NCBI GenBank assembly: GCA_036630325.1
Contig: CP142729.1
Coordinates: 434,001 to 498,000, forward strand
Direction: 5' to 3'
Length of the DNA: 64,000 bases
Source of the DNA: Vairimorpha necatrix
Lineage: Eukaryota
Below, piece by piece: positions 31,269 to 43,320 of the stretch; position 1 is the stretch's first letter; each line of letters begins with the position of its first letter. Under the pieces are notes generated by a model, which searched no databases, was not told where the DNA came from, and saw only the letters and a program-made list of their open reading frames with translations. The position numbers were made by a program, and so were the translations under genes.

Positions 31269-34200
31269 TGTTTAAAAAATAAAAGGGTTATTGTTTATAA
31301 AGGTGTTTCATAACAAAACAAATAAAAAAAATAAAAGTACTAAAAAAAACAATGTTATGTCTTAAAAAGGAAAGAAAAGATTTTAAAATAAGGTTGGATT
31401 TTAAAAATCAATATAACTCTAAATTGGATAATAAATTAATACTTTTAAAAGAAAATATTATTAAAAGCACTGATTGGTTTATTATAAACATTAAAAAAAA
31501 ATAGAGCAGTATTGAAAATTAATATCTTTTTTATATAGATAAATTCATATGTAATGTAATAGGAGATGTATGATATAATATATCGTGTTTTTTCTGAAAC
31601 TATCTTGTATTAGTTTAATTTGACATTAATAAGACTTACATTATAAAATCTAGATCTTCTTTTCTTTGGGAATGTTTTAATTTAGACGTAGTATAAAAAT
31701 GAATGGGCATTTAAGTACAAGGACTATAATCATTGTCATCATAATAGTAAAAAAACAAATATGTAAGCAACTTATTATGGCCCAAGAGTAAACGAATATG
31801 AGAATTATTTATGTTCCAATCCTCTTCCTGCTTTAAAAGCACTTAAACTTTTTTTTTAATTTGGTACGTAAATAATTTAGGTTTAAAAACATGGTTGACA
31901 CCTAGAACCATGATGAAAAATTCTCTTTAGAGCCCTCGAGTGCAGTATTAAACGATAAAAATGCAAAATTATTTCAAAATTTATTTTTTAGCTAACAAAG
32001 CATATTAGAGACAAAAAACTAAAAAAATTTTTTAATAGTTTTTTGCTCGATAAAATAGTCAAAACTACCACACTTAAGTTAAAATGAATGATATATTGTC
32101 CTTTATAAGACGTATATATGTAAATAAATCAACGAAAAAAATGTACACATATATGTGAAAATTAAAGAACAACAAAAAAATACACATGTAAAGTGGATGG
32201 CATAGGTGTCAACGTGTTAAAAGGGCATATGTCGGGGCTGGTTTTTATTACAGTCTTTAAATTATTTATTTTTAAGCAATTTAAATTATCAAAAAAAAAA
32301 ATTTATGATAAAATATTTTTTTTTTATAAAAAATTATAATAAAAGTAAGACCGTATTCCTATATCAAATATTAGACCCGCATTGTTGGACTTTTAACCAA
32401 ATTTTTTTATAAATTTTTGAAATATAACAATTAGTCGATTTTTGTGCAAAACTTTTATTTTTAAACATTTCAAAATTGATAAATAAATGATGTTTTGCTG
32501 TATTTTCGAGAAAAATAACTTAAAAAAAAACCTAATTGAAGTTTTTTTTGTTAGAATGAAAATTACAACATTGACCTAAAAAATATACAGCGATATGATA
32601 TTTTAAAATTAATTTTAAAATTTTTCCAAACATGTCTTTTCTTAAACTTTGCTATAGGTCCAATCATAGTTCTAAAAATACAAGAAGCATAGGCCATATA
32701 AACTTTTAATTTTTTTAATACTAGATCTAATTACGTAATCTGTAGAACAAATAGTAGAACCCTATACATAAGTATAGAAAAAAAATTTACAATGGGATGT
32801 TACTGTTGGGAATACGGAGTATGATGCATGATAGATATTTAAGAAATAAATTTTTCCAAAACTTCACGTTAGTGATGATAATTGACATTGTCCGATAATA
32901 TTGTTTTTTTAAGATTTTTTCTGCATCATAAATAAACCATATTCAATAAAAAAGTAAATTCAAGCGATATATCATCACATTTAACTAAAATTTATATTTT
33001 TCAATTATGATCGCATAATTTCGCGATAGGATGTAAGCGACGATTTAATTTCATTTTTGTAAAATTATGTATTCTTCTCTGAGTATTTTAACTCCGTGCT
33101 CTGTGAACTAGACTACTGAGTTTAAAAAATATGCTTTCAGTTGCGTGTCATTTAATTTTAAATGTAAAAAAACTCTTTTTGATACTTTGTACAGAAAATT
33201 ACGCACAAATGGAAAACAAAAAGCGTTTTCATGTTTTTCAGAATTTTTAAGCTTTTTTGATATGTAAGAAATAGAAAGATTCACATTAAATAGTGTATTT
33301 AATTCATTGCAAAATCATGAAATTATAAAGAGTTGACATAAGCGACCTAATTCTTAATAGAGGATCTATGTTGAAAAACAAAATGCTTTTTCTTAACTAA
33401 AAAGAATGGCTATTAGAATGTTATGAATTTATACTACAAAAGATGCAACTTTTTCACAATTTGAAACAGACATAACTTGTTTTTTTTATAATGGACCAAT
33501 TTTCAATTTGTTAAGCTCAAAAACCAAATTTTTAATTTCGCCTGAAACTATTTTCTTGTTTTACAACCATTACACTGGTTTTAAAAATTAAAATGATATC
33601 ATACCATTGAAATCTAAACATAGCATTATAAAAAATTAAAAAGGACAGTAGGAAAAACCATACAAGATATTATGTAAACTACACAAATCATTAAACGATT
33701 CATCCTCGAAAAATTAAGAAAGATATTAAGAAGGTTTTTTTTCAAATAAAAAAAATTTTTGTGTACAAATATTAAGAAAAAAAATCTTATATAATGATTT
33801 ACAACCTACAATGTTCTTACAAATTATGTATAGATGTTAATATTGCATACATAAACTTGGCGGGACTCCATGAGACAATATAGTGGCTTAGTTCTGGCAT
33901 ATGATAGTCATTAAATTGTTCTATTCAATATGATAGTCAAATGCACAATCTGATGATTTATGAATGCTTATACCTTTACACCAGAAATGATTCAAATAAA
34001 TATACAATTTAGAAATTATAAAAAAATAATATAAAACTATAATTTATTTTAAACGAGGCGATTTTATAAATTCAACTTAAGACCATTAAGTGATCTGTAA
34101 AAATTTCTTGAAAATAAATCCCACGCAAGATTGTAATCATCATTTTTTTGAATATTAAAGGGGCTCACTGTTATTGCTTTGGAGCTTAAACCCGATATTA

Positions 34201-35693
34201 TTAAATTATAAATTATAACTCATTGCAACTGTAAACTGTTTACCTTAACCCTGCATTGGATGCATTTTAATTTTCAACTGAAGTTCAATAGATTCCTTTA
34301 TTACCTTCAAAAAAAATTCCGATCGAAATTAATACATATGAGCATTTCGTAGAGAGGTTAAGTTTGTCCGCGCGAGATTTCGTAATTTTGAATATTGACT
34401 TTTATTGTAGCATTTTTAATGACAACGTTTGTAATAATATTATTTAATGCATATAAATAAGTTCTGAAATTCAGATCAGTGTAACAAAAACACCGATGTC
34501 ACTAAATTTTTTGTCTAACAGCCATTCTTCATTATTTTTAATGGGAAATTCATTTATTTCGAGAGTACATGGTATATTATCAACGTTATCTCAGCAGATT
34601 CGTAATCTAAACATCAATTAGATAATTTTAAAATGATCTGGAACAGTAATTTATGACAAACAAGCATTTTATTATTGTCATAGAGCTTAAGAGCTGCTAT
34701 ATGTTCGAAACATTATACATTTCTCAATATTATAATATTCAAAGCTTTTATATGTTACCGCCAACATGGAAGGAAAAGAAGAAAAACTACTAAACACTTT
34801 GCAATCGAAAATTAAATTTATTCAACTTTTACTTTACGTCTACCATTGACACAAATGGGAATATTTTATAAAAAAGGTACTTTTTGTCTATAATTGGATT
34901 GTGCTTAGCTGTAGTTTTCTCATGTTCAACTGTGCTCATATCATTCAGATCAGTAGTTGTCTCATGTTTAATTGTACTTGTAATAGGAAGTTTCGTACTT
35001 GCCCTATGTTAAATTGTATTTTTATTATTTAGATTTGAAGTTCCCATACAGGGAATCGTACTCATATCTTCTGAATCTTCACTGTTAGTAAAAACTTTTG
35101 TAAAAAAGTGATCTATATGGCCACCATAGTACCACCTAATATTGCATTCATAGTATCAAAAACTACATCCGTACCGTACAGATTTGTGCCTGTCGTGAAA
35201 ATATTCGTACTTTTCTTAGAAGGATTCTCATTTGTATCAATTTTATTAGTAAATATTGCTTTTTTATAGTTAAAATAAATATTAAAGATACCAAAAACCT
35301 AAAAGCGGTTTAAGAATTTTTTTTTAATTTAAAAATGTGATAGACATTAGGAATTTTTTGTATTTGTATAAGTATTTACCAGTTTATTGAATTCACTAAT
35401 TAATTGATAAATTATTTATTTTGTAAATATATAAAAATATCAAAACAAACATAAATTAAGGATTTTCTGCTATATTCAATCTTTAAGAAGTAATTTTTAA
35501 TTTGAATATAATTTGTCGAAAGTATAACATGTCAAATCTCATCTTTTTATATCAAACGACAATTGACTCGAGATATTTGATATTTGAACTATAATTTCAG
35601 TAAAAAAATAAACCCATGTAACTAATAACAGTTTGGCGTACAACATATATGATAAAAACAAAGCAAAAATTTCGACAATTATTTATTCGATAG

Positions 35694-35883
35694 TGTGATG
35701 TATATTACTACATCACAAGGACAGAGGCTTTAAACATCATCTGTCACATATGTTTGAAGAAATGCCAACATCTCAAGTAGTCTGTCAAGACGAGTCACAG
35801 AAAAAACAAACGAAAGACATATGGTCGTTACTACATTCATAAGTACGCCAATGTTTGTATTTGGTGTAAGAACAAATAATAAA
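35694..35883 (+). repeat. Dispersed repeat A, copy 1 (solo-LTR-like fragment)
   Basis: Homologous to the reverse complement of 51838-52032 (shared ATGGTCGTTACTACATTC.TAAGTACGCCAATGTTTGT). Begins TGTGATGTA. Confidence 0.8.
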
Positions 35884-38800
35884 TTTTATTGGGGGCATGC
35901 TTTGTGTAGTTAATACTTCTAATTTCACAAGGATAGGTTCCGTGTTAACGTCTCCTGCTTGTAGGTAGCTTCCGGCTTCATATTCCTTTCCACATCAGCT
36001 TCGTTTTTTCTCCTCCGGTAGTCCAGAGAAATGCTTTTGGCGGGATCATCAGGATGTATGCTTCTACCTTCTTAGGGATTCCAAGTCTTGTGGTATATGA
36101 TTTGTGGACCTTAGTCACTATTGTTTCAAGTGATTATGTAGGGAATTATATCTGTTTTAAAACCATATTTAAGCCCAGTTCGTTCGCAAGGACATCATAC
36201 TTTCTTAAATTATCGTTTTCTACTTGCTGTAGATTCTCTTGTGATGTAAAACCCATTTCGATTATTCTGATCAATTTGTTCTTTTTATCTACTACGACAA
36301 TTTTTATTTGATTATCTTTAATCTTTATGTCTGTTTTCACCGTCGTGACTATTCCATTTCCACTTCTTTGCGGCAACTATCTGTTGTACTAAGTGGTTTC
36401 TTAATCTCTTCTTAGGCTGCACTTTATGTTTTTTACACAGTAGTAGGTGGATGCATTTCACTATTTCATTATGCCTTCTCATATAATCGTGTCCTAGCAT
36501 TTTTCGCACCTTGTCGCTAGGTGATCCACGGTCTTTGCTGATTTATTGCAATGGGGGCAGGTTCCAATCGATCCATTAAATATATTTCGGTCTTGTAGGG
36601 CACATAGCTTACTTTCTGTCCTAGTACTCGTGTTACCTACTTTAAACCATAGTGATGACTTTTTGATGTCGACTATTATATTTTCTTTTGCCCTAAACAA
36701 CTTTATATGTTCTATTTAGTATTTATGTTGTTGTATAGGGTAGTTAGCTGAGCCTCGCCAATGATTTCTGTTACACATCTATTAGCTTATATTTTTCCTG
36801 GGCGGATGCTTTGATTAGCGAAAAGTGAGTTTTCTTTTTTTTCCTGGTTTAATATAAGTGATCGTCTTCTAAAATAGATTTAGATAGATTGTTCGAAGTC
36901 CGTCCATAGTTTGAGTACTGTCTTCACTTTTAAATACTGCGCTAGTTAGTCCTCTTCCAAGCGCATCGCGGGGAAAATATAGCCTTTCTTTACATGTCGG
37001 CTGTGAATGACCTCCATGTACATTCAATGAAATTCTAATAAAAGAGTCTATCTCCTCAAATATCTTTGGTTATAAAACTAGCTCTCCGACATAATAGTTT
37101 ATAAGTGAAATAGCAAATTCATAAAATGATTATGTGGTGTTCTTGGCGTTAAGAACTGTATTAAAAGTTATTCTTACTCGTGACTTATTTTTTTTTTAAT
37201 GAGTTTAATTGTACTATCACTTGGTTTGTTTTCTCCGGTAGAACTCCTAGGTATTTATATTCATCATCCGGCCCATAATAGACATTTGTGCTGCTGATAT
37301 CGCAGAATTCTTTTCATTCTGTTATATAATGACCACATAACATCTCGATTTTTATAGGATGTATTAAATAATTATAAATTATTTTCCCTCCTTCACATTT
37401 TATAAGTATTTTATCTTAAGCCTCCACAAGAAGAAATGAATTTAATGGAGACGTACTCAAATAAAACTATTAATCATAAAACATATGAAAGCCTGCCAAG
37501 GACAGACGGCAAAACATACAGTTATTTAGAGTATTATTTTAGAACAAGCCGCATACCTGTGCAGCATGCCACATTCATTTCTAGCACAACTGCTTTAAAA
37601 ATTTTCATTATTTCTGCTATCATTACTGCTAATGTTTCTTCTTTTTCTACTACTAGTTTTAAATCGTTTATAAAAAGAAAGTGGTTTGGACAATAGGACT
37701 CCAAATTTTCTAAGTTTATACTTACCTTAGGATAAGTATTATTCAGTTTTTTAGATAACTTGTTCATTGCCAGTACGAAAAATAAGGGCGACAGACTGTT
37801 TCCTTGAAAGATTCCTTTTTCGATATTTTTTTCATAAATTTCTTATTAGCACAAGAATATCTGTCTCCCAGCTGTTCATAATAAACGAGATAAATTTGAT
37901 TATCCATCTTTTTATTTTCAGCCCTTTTAAGGTCCTTTTCAAATATTTATGTTCTACGCCGTCGAAAGCTTTCTACATCAATCCACGCAATCTTAAGCTT
38001 ACAGTCGTACTCGTCATTGATTTCTATATTAATCATAACTTGCTCTTTGGCTCCTTGTATGATACTTCTGCGCCCTAGCTGTTTTTCTGCCCAAATTTCT
38101 CTTTTATTAATTTCTTTCTGTAAGCATTAGGTTGCACATTTAATGTGAGCTTGTACAGATTTGACATGCATGTTATTAAAGGAACTCCGATCCTTTTTCA
38201 CATTTATCTTTCGGTATTAGGTAGGCCAGTCCCTTACACCTTTCCTTTTCTAAGCTGTTATTAATACACGCGTCTTTTATCATTCTGTACATATGCCGTG
38301 TAGTGATTCTATCTTCTTTATAAAGAAATTTTAAATTTCATCTGCCCCAGGAGATTTCCAATTGGGTAAGAATTTGCTTATTTGCCTAAATTCTTCGTAA
38401 TCTAAAACATATCCCGTTCTGGGCTTTTCTCTACGTAGTGCTCATCGATATATTCTAAATATGAGGTTTCTTCCCTTTCTTCTGGGAGTTTCCACATCTC
38501 GCCCCAAAAATTACAAATTTCTTCTTCTGATGTTTTAATTTCTATTTTTTTGTCTTCGTTTAAATCTCTGTAAAACTTAGCTCTATATAATTCAAACGTC
38601 CTATTGGTTCTTTTGAAATTTAGACGATTCTCAAAACAACATATCTTTTTTTTTGTATATTTTCGAGTTTTCTTGCAATTCTGCTATCACTTCCTATATG
38701 TTGTTCCTACTGCTTAAACCCTTACCCGTGTCCCTCATTATAGCCTTTGCTAATTTTTGTTCCTCAAATTTTATGTGTTTATTTTCTTCTTAGAACTTTT

Positions 38801-39600
38801 CTATTAGTGTTTTCTTCTCATCACACATATTTATTTTCTTAGCTATATTTTCCTTCTAAGTAGGTTTTAAACTTAGTTGAGCGACTCATTTTTATAAACA
38901 ATCTGTGATGATTGCAGAATTCTTACAATGTCTGTTAAACGATCGAGAGGGTATAACTTCACATACTCACACACTGATGTATTAATAAGTCTATTAGTTT
39001 AGAGTTAACCATTTCACTAGAAATTTTATCTGTTCTTTCTATTTCTTTTCCTTCTAAACTTTTATAGCAGACAAACAACAAGTTTCTAATATTCCCACAC
39101 GAAGCCGCATCTTTCAAGCTACATTCTTCTACTAAGTCTTTTATCTTTTCGCTCTTTTGCTCGTTTGTGGTTGTGCAAGAAATTTTCTATTGCTTGTAGG
39201 TTGGCCGGTTTCTGTTGTCAATCTTGCCCTAGCTTTCTGCTTCAGTTCTTGCAAGATAAGTGGATTCGAGCTAAATTTACCATTTATACGTCAAGTGTGA
39301 GATCTTATTCTTCTCTTGGCATCCATCCGAAACGCTGGAGAATTGCCTCCAGCATTCTTCCGAGCCACTCGTTATATTCGATTCCACGGATGTGAGCAGA
39401 GACTTTAGAGACACAAGACGCTCACCCATATCATGTATTGCCTGTATACCATCTTCAGTTCCTTCTTGCCTTGTATAGTGTTCGTTTATATCTCTTTTTT
39501 TCTTCTTGGAGGTTTTTGTTTTCATTTCGCACCTTTTTACCCTTCATTTACAGAGTTTGAAATAAGATTTACGTATGTTCTATAAATTACAACTCACTTA
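35884..39600 (-). mobile_element. Near full-length, decayed RLE-type non-LTR retrotransposon (R4/Dong-like)
   Basis: Fragmented ORF with NWKSPGAD, ITCMSNLYKL, KAFDGVEH, NHFLFINDLKL, YKYLGV, CPHC..DHL..C, YMRRHNEIV and IIEMG. AATAAAA at the 3' end. Confidence 0.88.
37320..37573 (+). repeat. Dispersed repeat B, copy 1 (solo-LTR-like, 254 bp), inserted in the RT region
   Basis: TGT...ACA ends. Interrupts the RT reading frame between LEMN and EKNSA with a short (A)TTC duplication. Inverted homolog at 39604-39856. Confidence 0.8.
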
Positions 39601-39603
39601 CAA

Positions 39604-39856
39604 ACTGGCGTGCTGCACAGGGAAGCGGCTTGTTCTAAAGTAATACTCTATATAACTATATGTTTGCCCGTCTGTCCCTGGCAGGTTTTTATAAGTTTTA
39701 TTGATATTTTGATTATATTTAATGTTTTCCTTGGGAATTATTCCTTTTTTGGGCACAAAATAAAATTTTTTAAAAATAAGAAGGAGGGAAAATACTTGAT
39801 AATTGTAAAATACATCCTATTAGAAATAGATATGATTATGTGGCCATAATACCACA
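39604..39856 (-). repeat. Dispersed repeat B, copy 2 (solo-LTR-like)
   Basis: The reverse complement shares CCACATAA, ATAGGATGTATT, TATTTTCCCTCCTTC, CCTGCCA.GGACAGACGG and TTTAGAACAAGCCGC...CCTGTGCAGCA.GCCA with 37320-37573. Confidence 0.8.
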
Positions 39857-39901
39857 CAAAAAAACATTGATTTTTTGGCAAAAATAACTGTAAAAAATTT
39901 A

Positions 39902-41038
39902 TTAAATATTACTCCCTGAAAATCTACCCATGAAGATAGGTAAATCTTCTATACTAGAAGGGGTGTTATTGTCTGAAATTGTTTTGACTATGTAGAATAT
40001 AAATGGCCTATTAAAGTTTATGGTCATTTTTGGTAGAATATTCAAACTAAGTCTTGCGAATGTAGAGGTCACAGAAGCTCCTTCTGTTCCTTTTTCGTTG
40101 ACATCAATTACAGCAACATGAAATAATTCCGGATTACCGAAAGGAACCCCACTAAACATGTTTAAGAAACTTGGATTAGTAAATATTTCTTGTAATTTCT
40201 CCATTTTCATTTCCCTAATGATATCAATTTCTGTTTTAAACTTGAATTTAGGTATTCTAATTTCTACATCATATAGTTTCATTTTTAACAAGAGTTTAGA
40301 GATTTCAATATTTTCAATATTAAGGTCTTCTTTTTTGTTTGATTTAGGCAAAATTCCTAAAAACGAATAATTATGATCTGCATAAGGAATTTGTACTGCT
40401 TGATATCCGTCCGTTTCAAAAGCTCTAAACTCTTTACTTATTTTCATCATTGGAACTTGAATTTTCATTTCTCCATCAGCAAAATCTCGATTTTCGTGTT
40501 CAATTTCAAATGGTAATTTCCATGATAATTTAAAATACATAGTATTGACTATCAAAGCTAGTAAATTTCCGGGCAGTTCATCAAATAAATTTTCAATCAA
40601 ACCATTGGTATTGGTTTTTACTGTTTCATTTATAATGTTTAAAATTTCTTCTGTTTTTGTAGGGTCAAATGTTTGAGATTCTGTTTTAAAATATTTCTTT
40701 ATTATTTCTTCAAATAAAGGTATCATTTTGATTTGATTATTGTAAAAAACATAGTTGTTTAATTTTAACGTAGAACTACCGGCAATAGAATCATCTGGTG
40801 AAATGTGTAACTGATGATTAATCTTATAGATATCATCATTAAATTTATCGGTATTATCTTCATAGTACAAAAATTCTTCCATCATATTTTTTGTGTTATT
40901 AGTGGAACCATTTAATAATATACCAAGTATGTTTATTATCGAATAAGGAGAAAATACAAAAGTCCCTCTTTGTTGCTCTAACAAATAGCTAAACATGTCT
41001 GAAGATGTCTTTATTATGTTATCAGTTAAAATTTTCAT
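39902..41038 (-). CDS. Serpin (serine protease inhibitor)
   Basis: VFSPYSI, VNTMYFKLSW..PF, VPMM, IPKFK, hinge DVNEKGTEGAS, FNRPFIFYI and PIFMGR. ATG at 41038 was chosen for its upstream CCCC; 41062 is also possible. Confidence 0.95.
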   Translation of the reverse strand: MKILTDNIIKTSSDMFSYLLEQQRGTFVFSPYSIINILGILLNGSTNNTKNMMEEFLYYEDNTDKFNDDIYKINHQLHISPDDSIAGSSTLKLNNYVFYNNQIKMIPLFEEIIKKYFKTESQTFDPTKTEEILNIINETVKTNTNGLIENLFDELPGNLLALIVNTMYFKLSWKLPFEIEHENRDFADGEMKIQVPMMKISKEFRAFETDGYQAVQIPYADHNYSFLGILPKSNKKEDLNIENIEISKLLLKMKLYDVEIRIPKFKFKTEIDIIREMKMEKLQEIFTNPSFLNMFSGVPFGNPELFHVAVIDVNEKGTEGASVTSTFARLSLNILPKMTINFNRPFIFYIVKTISDNNTPSSIEDLPIFMGRFSGSNI

Positions 41039-43019
41039 GTAAGGGGCCATATAAATTTTCATTATAAATTATTTTTTTAATAGAAGTTAACATGTAATAA
41101 ACCTCATATTTTCTATAAAAACATATACATCCGACGATTGGCAATATTTTTTCTAAAAAATAGTTAAACGACATAATTGTAAACAAATATGTCATAATAT
41201 GACGCAAAACATAAACAAAACCAAATTTTTTATTTTAACACACCACTTCAAATTAAAAAGTTTACTGGAAGTATTCTTTATCCAACAAATAATCGAATCA
41301 TTCCCAAAATTATTAAGTCATATAAAAAACAAGCATCTGAATTCGTTGGTCTTTTATCTCCGTTCCCACCGATATTAAAATTTTCATCGTTAGTTGAATC
41401 TGTATTTTCTCCGTTATTATTGTTTTCGAATATACTCCAAATATTTTTTATTGTTTTCCGTTGACTTGCAGTATTAGGCTCATTGATATTCTCCTTTGTT
41501 GATAAAAGTATTTATTTCTCTCAAGATGTTCTGTTTCGTCATTTCTTACAATTGAATTTTCAATACATTGCATTGTATTCATATTATCAGAACCGCAATC
41601 ACTTAATCTTTTTTTTTGAATTGGAACATAAATTTTGTTAGAATTAAAATCCTTTAATATTTTTTATTTGAAATAAATTTTGTATCAATTAATTCTTCAG
41701 TTTTACGTTTTTTATTCTCCAGATTTGAATTAGAGTTAAATATGTACTTAATATATATCGAAGAAATAAGTGGAGACACATTATTTGAATCAAAATAATA
41801 AATATTAGACCATTCAAAATTATACATCCTTTTAGATTTTTTAAAATAAACTTTTCACTTGTCGAATAATTATCAACAGTAATTAAATTATTTGTTTTCA
41901 TTACATCAATAAAATACATCTTTTCTGTATCTAAGACGATTTCTACTAGTAATATACATTTACTCATAAAAATACATTAGCCGTTTTTGTATCATTTTTG
42001 CGATGATAGCTATAACATTCAAGAAATCCACAAGTATTTCCTTTCAAATGTAATTAATTGTTAAGAATTATATTTTTTGGTTATTTTTCCGCCATCTGAT
42101 CTTACGTTGAAAGTCTTTATAGATTCATTTTTGTAGTCTTCTTCTACTAAATCGGTTATTAAATAAGATGCATGAAGCTTTTCATCATCTACAACCATGT
42201 AAACATCTTATAATTGTCGCCAAATTTAACTACAAATATTTTATTGGCGCATATTGTTGATACCATGCATAGAATAACTAATATCTGGGTTGCACAAAAA
42301 TTATTGCTTTATATTAAAATATAGATTAAAATATGTTTTATCAATACTAAATTCTAGGAAATAAAAAACAACCTGTATTACATAAATTTATCTAAATTAC
42401 GCGAAATTAAAAACTGCTTTTGATGTATTTGTTTTTTTTATTTATCAAGAAAATCTAAGCTTTTAGACAAAAGCTTTTTACCATTGCAAACGAAGTAAAT
42501 ATACTACCACATATATAAAAATAAATTATTATTTAATCTGTTAATTTTTTTATAAATTTGACGTTGAAAAATTAAAGATTACGATTAGATCCAATTAGAA
42601 ACAAATTTAGAATAATTACTCTTAAGAGGAATGGTTTATTAAAGTTACTTTAACGTGAAAAATATAATGCGGAGCTTACAAAAGTAAATTTGTTACCATA
42701 TGTTATATAGTTTTTGTAAATAACTCATAATGTATTTTAAAAAAAAAATACACGGGTTATTAATATAATTCAAATTAAAATTTTAATATCATTCGATGTA
42801 TTGCAAATTTTTCTATGCAGAGAGATGAATAATTTTGATAACTAATTTTCTACTAAGACGTGAACTTTAGCAAAGTCGTCTGGTATATCTAAGGACTAGC
42901 AAATAATTGAAGTTCGAAAACAAAGACATAAAGTGTGTGATTTAAATAGTGAAAATTTATTTATTGAAGCTTTTAATGTCCTTGTTTTCTTCTTCGATTT
43001 ACCTCCACTGTCGCGCAGT

Positions 43020-43320
43020 CTATCTGGTTACACCACCCTCTAGCTATCTCTACTGTGTTCTTGGTTCCAGATACTCCCTCGGAGAGCCCCGCCGTTGTTC
43101 AAAATAGATGCTCTCTAGTATATTCCTTATGACTTTCATTTGGATGTAAGCTTCGGTACTAGTCGATAGGCCGAAGGCATTAACATAATTGCTGTGGTAT
43201 TTTGTCACAATACCTACCCATGTCATGAAGGATGGTATTATTTGAACTTTGCACTTGTACATTAGGCCCAATTCATTTGCTAAGATATGTTAATTTGAGT
43301 TTTTATGTTCTATTTCTGTA
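43020..43320 (-). mobile_element. 3' fragment of an RLE-type non-LTR element (different subfamily)
   Basis: ANELGLMY...IIP..MTW.GIVTKYH...EAYIQ...LESI parallels the C-terminus at 36000-36250. Confidence 0.75.

Noticed and set aside
32220..32400. CCGTATT...TAGACCCGCA resembling a pogo-like terminal repeat
   Set aside because: No matching partner end or transposase was found.
39604..39690. GC-rich segment as an HDV-like ribozyme or 5'UTR of the non-LTR element
   Set aside because: It is part of repeat B, which also occurs independently at 37320-37573, and no ribozyme fold could be built by eye.
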